From contig JAJYWE010000009.1 of NCBI GenBank assembly GCA_021791675.1, positions 12,329 through 69,500 on the forward strand: a stretch of DNA of 57,172 nucleotides, written 5' to 3'. Within the stretch, counting starts at the first letter, position 1, and every line of letters begins with the position of its first letter. The translations under genes and the position numbers were made by a program. The notes beneath the pieces were generated by a model. The model saw nothing but the letters and a program-made list of their open reading frames with translations. It ran no database searches and was not told the origin of the DNA. Of the stretch, positions 18,779 through 28,182 are shown piece after piece. The DNA comes from Actinomycetes bacterium. Its GTDB lineage: Bacteria > Actinomycetota > Acidimicrobiia > Acidimicrobiales > JAKAOS01.

Positions 18779-20707
18779 ATGGCCACGCGGAGCCAGGGGA
18801 CGGACTTCGAGTTCACGGACCGCATGCTCAAGCGGAACCTCGGCCTGAGCCAGCTCTTGCTGCTCTCGCTCGGAGCGATCGTCGGCTCGGGGTGGCTGTT
18901 CGCGGTGCTCTCCGCGAACACCGGTGCCGGCGGCGGCGCCTTCATCTCCTGGATCGTCGGCGGGATCCTGGTGCTGCTCATCGCGCTCACCTACGCCGAG
19001 GTCTCGACGATGCTGCCCCGCTCGGGGGCGGTGGTGCGCTACCCCCACCTGACGCACGGGGGCTTCACCGGATTCGTGCTGGGCTGGGCCTACCTGCTGG
19101 CATCGTGCTCGGTGCCGGCCATCGAGGCCATCGCAACCGTGCAGTACCTCGCGCCCCACGTGCCCGCGAGCTGGCACATCCTCCAGAACCACGCCAGCTC
19201 CACCTCCCTCATCACCTTCCCGCAGGGCTTCGCCTTCGTCGTGGTCCTGCTGATCGCGTTCTTCTTCGTCAACTACTTCGGGGCACGCTTCCTCGGTCGG
19301 TTCAACAACACGGTCATGGTCTGGAAGCTCGCGCTCCCCACGCTCACCTTCCTCTTCCTCTTCTTCCTCGACTTCCATCCCGGCAACTACACCGCAGGCG
19401 GGGGACTCGCTCCCTTCGGGACCTCCGCGATCTTCACGATCATCCCCGGGGCGGGCATCGTCTTCTCCTACCTCGGGTTCCGCCAGGGACTGGAGTTCGG
19501 GGGCGAGGCGCGCAACCCCCAGCGAGACATCCCGATCGCCACGATCCTCTCCGTCCTGATCGGGACGCTGCTCTACACACTGTTGCAGCTCGCCTTCACC
19601 GGCGGCATCAACTGGGGGATCCTGCACATCAAGGTGGGGGACTGGACTGCGCTCGGCGCGCTCCCCGTCGCTGCGAGTAGCCCGTTCTACGCGATCCTGA
19701 AGGCGAGTGGGGTCGGCTTCCTCGGGGGCTTCGCCGCACTGCTCCTCGCGGACGCGGTGGTCTCGCCGTTCGGCACGGGCTACATCTACCTCGGCACTGG
19801 CGGTCGGACGATCTACGGGCTCGGGATCGACGGCTACTTCCCGAAGGCTTCCAAGGCGATCCATCCGAGGACCCGCGTGCCCTGGGTTGCGTTGCTCGCG
19901 TCGTTCATCGTGGCAGTGGCCTTCTCCTTCCCGTCCAAGAGCTGGTACGGCCTCGTCGGCTTCATCACGTCTGCCACGGTGTTCACCTACATCATGGGCG
20001 GCGTCGGGCTCTCGGTCCTGCGCCGGACCGCCCCGGACCTCCCCCGGCCGTACCGTCTCGGGGCGCACCAGTTCTTCGCCCCGGTGGGGTTCCTCGCTGC
20101 GATCCTGATCATCTTCTGGTCCGGCTTCGTCACCGACGTCCAGCTGGTCGCTGCGCTGTTCGTGGCGCTCCCCCTCTTCGCGTGGATCTACATGGTGCAG
20201 AAGGGATACACGAAGCCTGCCGTGGCCTACCCCCTCGGCGTCGTGTTCCTCGCGGCGTGGCTGGTGCTCCAGTGGTGGGGTCACTGGATCCTCTCGCCCC
20301 GCGCGGCGACGGTGATCAAGCTGCACGCACCCTTCGCCGAGTGGCTGATCCTCTGCATGGTTGCGGTCTTCGGGTTCACCTTCCTCCTCTGGCTCGGCTC
20401 GACGAGAGAGGGTCGCCACGAGATCAACCGGACCTGGTGGCTCCTCGTCATGACCTACGGGCTCTTGACGCTCACGTGGTACTCGGGCGGCCTGGGCGTC
20501 CTCGCGAGCGTCCCGCGCTTCCTCACCTTCGGGTGGGCAACCCTCTGGGCGGCGGCCTTCGGGCTCGTGATCTACTTCTGGGCAGTGGCCTCCGGCTACC
20601 GGACGTCCGAGATCGAGGCGATCAACGCGACGGGTAGCGGCATGGTCCCGGACGAGTCCGAGACGGCCATGCTGGCCGGTACCAGCGCAGGGGTGCCAGG
20701 GCAGTAG
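18779..20707 (+). CDS. APC superfamily amino acid/polyamine permease with extended C-terminal membrane region
   Basis: ATG 18779 is in frame in track ORF 18560-20707. LLLLSLGAIVGSGWLF and many TM segments, about 640 aa. Confidence 0.85.
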   Translation: MATRSQGTDFEFTDRMLKRNLGLSQLLLLSLGAIVGSGWLFAVLSANTGAGGGAFISWIVGGILVLLIALTYAEVSTMLPRSGAVVRYPHLTHGGFTGFVLGWAYLLASCSVPAIEAIATVQYLAPHVPASWHILQNHASSTSLITFPQGFAFVVVLLIAFFFVNYFGARFLGRFNNTVMVWKLALPTLTFLFLFFLDFHPGNYTAGGGLAPFGTSAIFTIIPGAGIVFSYLGFRQGLEFGGEARNPQRDIPIATILSVLIGTLLYTLLQLAFTGGINWGILHIKVGDWTALGALPVAASSPFYAILKASGVGFLGGFAALLLADAVVSPFGTGYIYLGTGGRTIYGLGIDGYFPKASKAIHPRTRVPWVALLASFIVAVAFSFPSKSWYGLVGFITSATVFTYIMGGVGLSVLRRTAPDLPRPYRLGAHQFFAPVGFLAAILIIFWSGFVTDVQLVAALFVALPLFAWIYMVQKGYTKPAVAYPLGVVFLAAWLVLQWWGHWILSPRAATVIKLHAPFAEWLILCMVAVFGFTFLLWLGSTREGRHEINRTWWLLVMTYGLLTLTWYSGGLGVLASVPRFLTFGWATLWAAAFGLVIYFWAVASGYRTSEIEAINATGSGMVPDESETAMLAGTSAGVPGQ

Positions 20708-20768
20708 CCGGCACAGGCAGGGTCTGCTGCTGCCGCTGCGCCCCTCGGCTCGTGACACGCAGCGGCGC

Positions 20769-20809
20769 GAGGCCCGTCCCTCGGAGGGAGAGTCCGTGGG
20801 ACGGGCCTC
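20769..20809. terminator. 12-bp GC stem hairpin downstream of the permease
   Basis: GAGGCCCGTCCC-(17 nt)-GGGACGGGCCTC. Confidence 0.45.
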
Positions 20810-20865
20810 CGACGCGCCCAGCGGCGCCGAGTCTTCCGGACGACACGCTCCCCGAGGCCGCCCGA

Positions 20866-20896
20866 GGGCCCGCCGGCTGGTCGACGCGGCGGGCCC
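20866..20896 (-). terminator. 10-bp GC stem hairpin 7 nt after the metH stop
   Basis: GGGCCCGCCG-(11 nt)-CGGCGGGCCC. Confidence 0.5.
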
Positions 20897-20902
20897 GGCG
20901 GT

Positions 20903-23900
20903 TCAGTTCGCGACGAAGTACTTCGCCTGGGGGTGGTGGCAGATGATCGCCGAGGTCGTCTGCTCCGGGTGGAGCTGGAAGCCCTCGGAGACGCTGACGC
21001 CGATGCGTCCCACCTCCAGCAGGTCCGCGACCTTCGCGTTGTCCTCGAGGTCGGGGCAGGCGGGATAGCCCCATGAGTAACGCCCCCCGCGGTACTGCTG
21101 GCGGAACAGGCCGCCGAGGCTCGGCCCGTCCTCGTCCGCGAAGCCCCACTCCTCCCGGATCCGCCGGTGCCAGAGCTCGGCGAGCGCCTCGGCCATCTCG
21201 ACGCCGAGGCCGTGGAGGAGGAGGTACTCCGTGTAGCGATTTTCGGCGAAGAGCCGCGCGGTTGCCTGCGAGACCTCCGGGCCCATCGTCACGACGTGGA
21301 AGGCCGCCCAGTCCGGCTCCCCGGACTCCACCGACCGGAAGAAGTCCGCGATGCAGAGGTGGGGGGCGCGTCGCTGGCGTGGGAAGTGGAAGCGCACTCG
21401 CTCGGCTCGTCGGTCCTCGTCGGTGTAGAGGACCAGGTCGTCGCCCTCGGCATTGGCTGGGAAGTAGCCCCAGGCGACCTGGGGGACGAGGAGCCCGGCG
21501 GCCGTCGCCTCGTCGAGCTCGGCGTGGAGGCGCGAGCGCACCCGGGCCTTGAACGCGGCGTCGTCCTCGCCGGCTTCGGGGCGGAAGCCCCACTGGTTGC
21601 GGTAGAGCGCCGTCTCGTTCAGGTAGCGCGCCACGTCCTCGATGGGGATGCCTTTGGCCACGCGCGATCCGACGAAGGGGGCTTTCGGCACCTCGTTGTC
21701 GGACGCGACCTCCGGCGACCGGGCGGGGAGGGGGCCGTCCTCCGGGCCCCCGGCGCTGACGCCGGCACGTGCGAAGCGCCGTGGAGGCAGGTTGCGCCCG
21801 CCGGGCGCCCGCCCGAAGTCCGGCTCGTCGGGGATGCGGCCGCGACGGATGTCCATCAGGCGCTCCATCACCCGCAGCCCCTCGAAGGCGTCCTTCCCGT
21901 AGAAGAGCCGTCCCTGGTAGACGGCGCGGAGATCTCGCTCGACGTAGGTGCGGGTGAGTGCGGCGCCGCCGAGCAGCACCGGGAGCTCCGCCCGGCCGAG
22001 CGCGTTCAGCTCCTCCAGGTTCTCGCGCATCACGAGCGTGGACTTGACGAGCAGCCCGCTCATGCCGAGGGCGTCGGCGCGAACCTCGTCGGCCTTCGCG
22101 AGCATCTCGGCGAGGCCGACCTTGATGCCGAGGTTGTGGACCTCGTAGCCGTTGTTGGTGAGGATGATGTCGACGAGGTTCTTCCCGATGTCGTGCACGT
22201 CGCCCTTCACGGTGGCGAGCACCACGCGCCCCTTGCCCCCCTCCGCGCTCTTCGGCATCCGGGGTTCGAGGTGGGAGACGGCTGCCTTCATCGTCTCGGC
22301 CGAGGCGAGCACGAACGGCAGCTGCATCTCGCCGGAGGCGAAGAGCTCGCCGACCGTCTTCATGCCGGCGAGCAGGACGTCGTTGACGAGGGAGAGGGGT
22401 GCGAAGCCCGCCTCGAGCGCCTCGTCGAGCTCGGCCTCGATGCCGATGCGCTCACCCTCCACGATGCGGCGCTCGAGGCGCCGCTCGACCGGCCAGCCGC
22501 TCCGGTCCTCGACGACGCGTGCCGCCGTCGTCGCGCCCTCGAAGGCCGCCAGGAGCGCGGCGAGGGGGTCGTAGCCGTCGCGGCGGCGGTCGTGGACGAG
22601 GTCGAGGCAGACCTCGCGGACGTGGTCGTCGAGGCGGCTCAGCGGCACGATGCGGCCGGCGTGCAGGATCGCCGCGTCGAGGCCGGCCTGCTGGCACTCG
22701 TGCAGGAAGACGCTGTTCAGTGCCTCTCGTGCGGCCGGATTCAGGCCGAACGAGACGTTCGAGAGCCCGACGACCGTGTGGACGCCGGGGAGGGCCGCCT
22801 TGATGCGACGGATGCCCTCCAGCGTCTCGATGCCGTCCCGGCGGCTCTCCTCCATGCCCGTCGAGAGCGGGAGCGCGAGCGGGTCGAAGAAGAGGTCCGA
22901 GGGCTCGAGGCCGTAGCGGGTGGTGGCGAGGTCGTAGATCGCCTGCGCCGCCTCGAGCTTCCACTCGGCGGTTCGCGCCTGGCCGCGCTGGTCGATGCAG
23001 GTGCAGATGACGGCGGCTCCGTAGGTGCGGGCGAGGTCGAGGAAGCGGTCGAGGCGCGTCCCAGGTGCGTCGCCGTCCTCGAGGTTCACGGAGTTGAGGA
23101 CCGCCCGGCCCCCGAGGAGCCGGAGCGCCGCCTCGGCGACGGCCGCCTCGGTCGTGTCGACCACGAGCGGGAGGGTCGAGGCCGTCGCGAGGCGCCCGGC
23201 CAGCTCGGTCATGTCCGCGACCCCGTCCGACCCCGTGTAGTCCACGCAGACGTCCACCAGGTGCGCGCCCTCGCGGACCTGGTCCCTCGCGATCGTCACG
23301 CAGGTCTCCCAGTCCTTCGCGAGCATCGCCTCCCGGAAGCGCTTCGAGCCGTTGGCGTTCGCCCGCTCGCCGATCGTGAGCAGTGCGGTGTCCTGGTCGA
23401 AGGCCACGTGGGTGTAGAGGGAGGCCGCACCCGGCTCGGGGTGGATCTCCCGCCGGGCGGGCGTCAGGTCCCTGCAGCGGCGCACGACCTCCGCGAGATG
23501 GGCGGGGGTGGTCCCGCAGCAGCCGCCGATCACCGACACCCCGAGCTCGGTGACGAAGCGGGTGTGGTGGTCCGCGAGGCCCTCGGGGGTCAGGTCGTAG
23601 TGCATGGCGCCGTCGACCACCGACGGGAGCCCGGCGTTCGGCAGGCACGAGAGCGCCGTGCGGGCGTGGTGCGAGAGGTGACGGAGGTGCTCGCCCATCT
23701 CCGTGGGGCCCGTCGCGCAGTTGAGGCCGAGCACGTCGGGTCGGAGCGCCTCGAGCGCCGTGAGTGCCGCCCCGATCTCGGTGCCGACCAGCATCCGCCC
23801 CGTCAGCTCCATCGTGACCTGCACCTGGAGGGGGACTTCGCGACCCACTCGGCGCATCGCCGCGCGGGCAGCCACCACCGCCGCCTTGGCCTGGAGGAGG

Positions 23901-24388
23901 TCGTAGCAGGTCTCGATCACGAGGAGGTCCACCCCTCCCTCGAGGAGCGCCGCCGCCTGGACCTCGTAGGCGTCACGGAGCGTCGCGAAGCCGATCTGGC
24001 CGAGGCTCGGGAGCTTCGTACCGGGCCCCATGCTCCCGGCGACGAAGCGCGGGTGGTCCGGCGTCGTGAAGTCCGAGGCGACCTCGCGGGCGAGGCGCGC
24101 CGCCGTGAGGTTCAGCTCAGCCGCTCGCTCGGCGAGTCCGTACTCGGCGAGCACGGTGGCGAAGGCCCCGAACGTGTCGGTCTCGACGACGTCCACGCCG
24201 ACCTCGAGGAACGAGGCGTGCAGCCGGCGCACGACGTCCGGGCGGGAGACCACGAGCACCTCGTTGCAGCCCTCGAGCGCCGGGCCGCCGAAGTCGTCTG
24301 CGCTGAGCCCGGCGAGCTGGAGGTTCGTACCGGTCGCGCCGTCGAAGACGACGACCCGTTCGGCCAGCGCCTCGAGGTAGGTGGCCAT
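20903..24388 (-). CDS. metH: cobalamin-dependent methionine synthase
   Basis: 1161 aa. Has an Hcy-binding N-terminus, a pterin-binding domain, a B12-binding GDVHDIGKN block and an AdoMet reactivation domain. Confidence 0.97.
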   Translation of the reverse strand: MATYLEALAERVVVFDGATGTNLQLAGLSADDFGGPALEGCNEVLVVSRPDVVRRLHASFLEVGVDVVETDTFGAFATVLAEYGLAERAAELNLTAARLAREVASDFTTPDHPRFVAGSMGPGTKLPSLGQIGFATLRDAYEVQAAALLEGGVDLLVIETCYDLLQAKAAVVAARAAMRRVGREVPLQVQVTMELTGRMLVGTEIGAALTALEALRPDVLGLNCATGPTEMGEHLRHLSHHARTALSCLPNAGLPSVVDGAMHYDLTPEGLADHHTRFVTELGVSVIGGCCGTTPAHLAEVVRRCRDLTPARREIHPEPGAASLYTHVAFDQDTALLTIGERANANGSKRFREAMLAKDWETCVTIARDQVREGAHLVDVCVDYTGSDGVADMTELAGRLATASTLPLVVDTTEAAVAEAALRLLGGRAVLNSVNLEDGDAPGTRLDRFLDLARTYGAAVICTCIDQRGQARTAEWKLEAAQAIYDLATTRYGLEPSDLFFDPLALPLSTGMEESRRDGIETLEGIRRIKAALPGVHTVVGLSNVSFGLNPAAREALNSVFLHECQQAGLDAAILHAGRIVPLSRLDDHVREVCLDLVHDRRRDGYDPLAALLAAFEGATTAARVVEDRSGWPVERRLERRIVEGERIGIEAELDEALEAGFAPLSLVNDVLLAGMKTVGELFASGEMQLPFVLASAETMKAAVSHLEPRMPKSAEGGKGRVVLATVKGDVHDIGKNLVDIILTNNGYEVHNLGIKVGLAEMLAKADEVRADALGMSGLLVKSTLVMRENLEELNALGRAELPVLLGGAALTRTYVERDLRAVYQGRLFYGKDAFEGLRVMERLMDIRRGRIPDEPDFGRAPGGRNLPPRRFARAGVSAGGPEDGPLPARSPEVASDNEVPKAPFVGSRVAKGIPIEDVARYLNETALYRNQWGFRPEAGEDDAAFKARVRSRLHAELDEATAAGLLVPQVAWGYFPANAEGDDLVLYTDEDRRAERVRFHFPRQRRAPHLCIADFFRSVESGEPDWAAFHVVTMGPEVSQATARLFAENRYTEYLLLHGLGVEMAEALAELWHRRIREEWGFADEDGPSLGGLFRQQYRGGRYSWGYPACPDLEDNAKVADLLEVGRIGVSVSEGFQLHPEQTTSAIICHHPQAKYFVAN

Positions 24389-24495
24389 GGTGCTCCCAGG
24401 ATAGGAGGAGGCTCCAGGCCGGTCGGAGCCACGAGCAACCGCTCGGCGTCACGGCTCTGCACCTCGAGGCCAGTCGCCGGGCATACCCTGGAGCC

Positions 24496-24867
24496 GTGTC
24501 GGAACCTGCGTGGTCCCTGGCCGAGGACCCAGTGGGGCGGGAGCTGCTCGCCCGCCTGTGTCGCGCCCTCGGCGATCCGAGCCGTCTCGCCCTGCTCGCG
24601 TTCTGCGCGTCCGCTGAGCGCACGGGGACGGACTGCGTGCGCCACGTCGGGCTGTCGCAAGGACGGGTTTCCGCGCACCTGAGCTGCCTCGTGACCTGTG
24701 GCCTGCTTCACCTGCGCCGCGAGGGCCGCTACGCCTACTACCGCGTGGTCGACCCGAGAGTCGCGGATCTCGTCGCAACGGCGTCCGGGGTTGCCGGGGA
24801 CCACGCCGCGGCGATCGCCTCCTGCGTGCGGGTCCGCGAGCCCCTCCGCCCACCCGCCCCGGTCTGA
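24496..24867 (+). CDS. ArsR/SmtB family transcriptional regulator
   Basis: LARLCRALGDPSRLALL...VGLSQGRVSAHLSCLVTCGLLHLRREGRYAYYRV is a winged-HTH of the ArsR type. Confidence 0.85.
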   Translation: MSEPAWSLAEDPVGRELLARLCRALGDPSRLALLAFCASAERTGTDCVRHVGLSQGRVSAHLSCLVTCGLLHLRREGRYAYYRVVDPRVADLVATASGVAGDHAAAIASCVRVREPLRPPAPV

Positions 24868-24962
24868 CTGCCAGCCTTCCTGCCCGCCTTCCCGCCCGCC
24901 GCCCCAACTGCGCCTGCCCAGCGCAGGGACGTTGCCGGGCGTGGCACTAGGGTCGGACCGGC

Positions 24963-25565
24963 GTGAAGATCTACACCAAGCGCGGCGACGACGGTACGAC
25001 CGGTCTCCTCTACGGGGGCCGCGTCCGCAAGGACGACCCCGTCATCGAGGCGAACGGCGCCGTCGACGAGGCGCAGGCGGCTCTCGGCCTCGCCAGGGCC
25101 GAGGCCGAGCCGGGCTCGGCCCTCGACGCCCAGCTCCTCGGCTTGGAGCGTGACCTCTGGGTGCTGATGGCGGAGCTCGCCACGGCGCCGGCGAACCGGC
25201 ACAAGCTGGTGCCGGGCGCGAGCCTCGTCACCCCGGCGATGGTGGCGGCGCTCGAGGAGGCGATCGACGAGCTGGATGCGACGGTCGAGATGCCCACCGA
25301 GTTCGTGCTGCCGGGGGAGGGCCGCCTCGCGGCCTGCCTGGACCTCGCCCGCACCGTGGTGCGCCGCGCCGAGCGGCTCGCGCTTCGCGTCGCGCCCGAG
25401 GGCTCCTCGGTCGGGCCCTACCTGAACCGGCTGTCCGACCTCTGCTGGATGCTCGCGCGAGCTGCGGAGGGCGCGCATCGCCGCGCCCGGGATGGCACGC
25501 CCCGAGCGTCCGCGCGGTCCGTTGACGAGGCGCGAGCGGTTGGGGACGGAGAACCGGGCGTGTAG
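24963..25565 (+). CDS. PduO-type ATP:cob(I)alamin adenosyltransferase
   Basis: The N-terminal MKIYTKRGDDGTTGL signature plus a helical bundle (ANGAVDEAQAALG). Confidence 0.9.
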   Translation: MKIYTKRGDDGTTGLLYGGRVRKDDPVIEANGAVDEAQAALGLARAEAEPGSALDAQLLGLERDLWVLMAELATAPANRHKLVPGASLVTPAMVAALEEAIDELDATVEMPTEFVLPGEGRLAACLDLARTVVRRAERLALRVAPEGSSVGPYLNRLSDLCWMLARAAEGAHRRARDGTPRASARSVDEARAVGDGEPGV

Positions 25566-25653
25566 CGCCGCCGGGCGGGGTGGCGTCGAGTCGAGGACGG
25601 TCCGGCGGAGCGGAGCCGGATCGAGTGAGGAACCGAGAGAGGAGAGGACAACC

Positions 25654-27129
25654 ATGGGACTCGAGGTGGTAGCGGTCGGCACCGAGGACGCGCCGGCGGG
25701 AGCGGTAGCGGGCGTCCCGGTCTACGCAGACGGGACGACGCCCGCGGGTGTGCCGGCGATCGACCAGGGCTTCGTCTCGCGCACGGAGTACAAGGCATCC
25801 CCGGGGACCTCGCTGTTGCTCGAGCGCAGCGCCGGGCGTGAGGTGGTTGCACTCGGGATCGGCAAGCCCGCTGCGTTGACGCTCGACGCGCTCCGCAGGG
25901 CTGGCGGCGCGCTCGTGCGGGCAGCGGCACACGGCCCGCACGCAACCTTCGTGCTCGGCGAGCTCGGCGGCCTCGTCCCCGACGCAAGCGTCTCGGACGT
26001 GGCCCAGGCCGTGACGGAGGGTGCTCTCCTCGGCGCCTACAGCTTCGACGCCTACAAGTCCGACCACCGCCCCCCGACGCTCACGCGGGTTGCGATCCTC
26101 GTCGGCGACGCAGCCCGGGACGAGGCGGCCGAGGGGGTCCGCCGCGGTCGCATCGTCGCAGAGGCCACCTCTCTTGCTCGGGACCTGGTGAACGAGCCGG
26201 CCGGCTCGCTCCCACCGAGCCGTTTCGCGGAGCGCGCCTCGGTCGCGGCGCGCGCCGCAGGGCTCGGCGTCGAGGTATGGGACGAGGCGCGCATCGTCGC
26301 CGAGCGTCTCGGTGGGTTGCTCGCCGTCGCGGCCGGCTCCACCCAGCCCCCGAGGCTGGTGCGCCTGCGTTACGAGCCCGAGGGCGCGACCGCAGAGACA
26401 CCCCTCGTCGCGCTCGTCGGGAAGGGGATCACGTTCGACTCGGGCGGCCTCTCGTTGAAGCCCCCCACCGGCATGATGACCATGAAGTGCGACATGAGCG
26501 GTGCCGCTGCCGTGGTGGCGTCGATGGTGGCGATCGCGCAGGTCGGTGCGCCGGTGCGGGTGGTGGGCTATGCGCCGCTCACGGAGAACCTCCCCTCGGG
26601 GAGTGCCACGAAGCCGGGCGACGTCTTCACGGCCCGCAACGGCAAGACGGTCGAGGTGCTGAACACCGACGCCGAAGGGCGGCTCATCCTCTCCGACGCG
26701 CTCAGCCTCGCAGCCGAGGAGGCTCCGGCGGCGATCGTCGACCTCGCCACGCTCACGGGTGCGTGCGTCGTCGCGCTCGGGGACTCGATCGCCGGGCTCA
26801 TGGGCAACGACGAACAGCTCGCAGCGCAGATCCGCGCAGCCGGGGCGCGAGCGGGGGAGGTCTTCTGGCCGCTCCCGTTGCCGGAGGAGTACGAGGAGCA
26901 CATCGAGTCGAGCATCGCCGACATGAAGAACATCGGCGCCACCGGGCAGGCCGGAGCGCTCTCGGCCGGCCTGTTGCTCCAGAAGTTCGTGGCCGGCCGG
27001 CCGTGGGCGCACCTCGACATCGCAGGGCCGGCCTTCACGGACAAGGACCGCCACTACCTTCGCAAGGGCGGGACCGGTTTCGCGGTGCGGACCCTGGTGG
27101 AGCTGGTGAGCTCCTTCCCGACCGCCTGA
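25654..27129 (+). CDS. pepA: leucyl aminopeptidase (M17)
   Basis: ATG 25654 follows GAGAGGAGAGGA. VGKGITFDSGG and NTDAEGRLILSDAL. Confidence 0.93.
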   Translation: MGLEVVAVGTEDAPAGAVAGVPVYADGTTPAGVPAIDQGFVSRTEYKASPGTSLLLERSAGREVVALGIGKPAALTLDALRRAGGALVRAAAHGPHATFVLGELGGLVPDASVSDVAQAVTEGALLGAYSFDAYKSDHRPPTLTRVAILVGDAARDEAAEGVRRGRIVAEATSLARDLVNEPAGSLPPSRFAERASVAARAAGLGVEVWDEARIVAERLGGLLAVAAGSTQPPRLVRLRYEPEGATAETPLVALVGKGITFDSGGLSLKPPTGMMTMKCDMSGAAAVVASMVAIAQVGAPVRVVGYAPLTENLPSGSATKPGDVFTARNGKTVEVLNTDAEGRLILSDALSLAAEEAPAAIVDLATLTGACVVALGDSIAGLMGNDEQLAAQIRAAGARAGEVFWPLPLPEEYEEHIESSIADMKNIGATGQAGALSAGLLLQKFVAGRPWAHLDIAGPAFTDKDRHYLRKGGTGFAVRTLVELVSSFPTA

Positions 27130-27216
27130 GGCGGGGCAGACGGTCCAGCCGACCCGAACGCCCACTCGGGCGCAGCGGACCCGCACGAAGCGGTCTAGAC
27201 GCAAGGGAGTGACGCC

Positions 27217-28182
27217 ATGACGATGCAGTACCGCAGGCTTGGTCGCGCCGGGCTCAAGGTCAGTGTCTTGAGCCTGGGATCCTGGGTGACCTTCGGGGCG
27301 CAGCTCGACACGGGCCTCGCTGGGGCGTGTATGGACGTCGCCTACGAGGCCGGGGTCAACTTCTTCGACAACGCCGAGGCGTACGCGGGAGGTGACTCCG
27401 AGCGCATCATGGGCAAGGTCCTCGCCGAACGCGGCTGGCCCCGCCAGCGCTACGTCGTGTCGACCAAGCTCTTCTGGGGACTCGACGACTCGGTCAACAT
27501 GCGCAACACGCTCAACCGCAAGTACCTCTCCCAGGCGATCGACGGCTCGCTCGACCGCCTCGGCCTCGACTTCGTGGACCTCGTGTTCTGCCACCGGGCG
27601 GACCCCGAGACCCCGATCGAGGAGACCGTCTGGGCGATGTCGGACATGGTGAGCGCGGGCAAGGCCCTCTACTGGGGGACCTCGGAGTGGTCGGCGGACG
27701 AGATCCGCGCCGCCTACGAGATCGCCGAGCGTCACCACCTCCACAAGCCCGTCATGGAACAGCCGCAGTACAGCCTCTTCGCCCGCGAGCGCGTCGAGCA
27801 GGAGTACGCCCGGCTCTACGAGGACATCGGCCTCGGGCTCACGACCTGGAGCCCCCTCGCGAGCGGGCTGTTGTCGGGCAAGTACGTGGATGGCATCCCC
27901 GAGGGGAGCCGGGCGACGCTCCCGGGCTACGAGTGGCTCCGCGACCGGCTGACCGATCCGGACGCCAACGCGAAGGTCCGTGCGCTCGGCGGCCTCGCCG
28001 AGGAGCTCTCCTGCAGCCTCGCCCAGCTCGCGCTGGCCTGGTGCGTGAAGAACCCCCACGTCTCGACGGTCATCACCGGTGCGAGCCGTCCCGAGCAGGT
28101 GCACGAGAACCTCGGCGCGCTCGACGTCCTCGGCCGCCTCGACGACGTGACGATGTCCCGCATCGAGGAGATCATGCGCTGA
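27217..28182 (+). CDS. aldo/keto reductase, Kv-beta-subunit-like
   Basis: [37 protein letters not shown] and YWGTSEWS. Confidence 0.9.
   Translation: MTMQYRRLGRAGLKVSVLSLGSWVTFGAQLDTGLAGACMDVAYEAGVNFFDNAEAYAGGDSERIMGKVLAERGWPRQRYVVSTKLFWGLDDSVNMRNTLNRKYLSQAIDGSLDRLGLDFVDLVFCHRADPETPIEETVWAMSDMVSAGKALYWGTSEWSADEIRAAYEIAERHHLHKPVMEQPQYSLFARERVEQEYARLYEDIGLGLTTWSPLASGLLSGKYVDGIPEGSRATLPGYEWLRDRLTDPDANAKVRALGGLAEELSCSLAQLALAWCVKNPHVSTVITGASRPEQVHENLGALDVLGRLDDVTMSRIEEIMR

Noticed and set aside
24389-24495. SAH, SAM-IV or cobalamin riboswitch upstream of metH
   Set aside because: As I recall the consensus elements, none is present: no SAH GAGGAGCGCUGC / AACGGCGCUCAC and no B12 box. The region is only 107 nt and is shared with the divergent arsR. 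It is kept only as an unclassified candidate leader.
21167-24682. 1171-aa ORF on the + strand
   Set aside because: It is antisense to metH, with a low-complexity Arg/Glu/Gly/Val translation. metH on the minus strand has all four expected modules.
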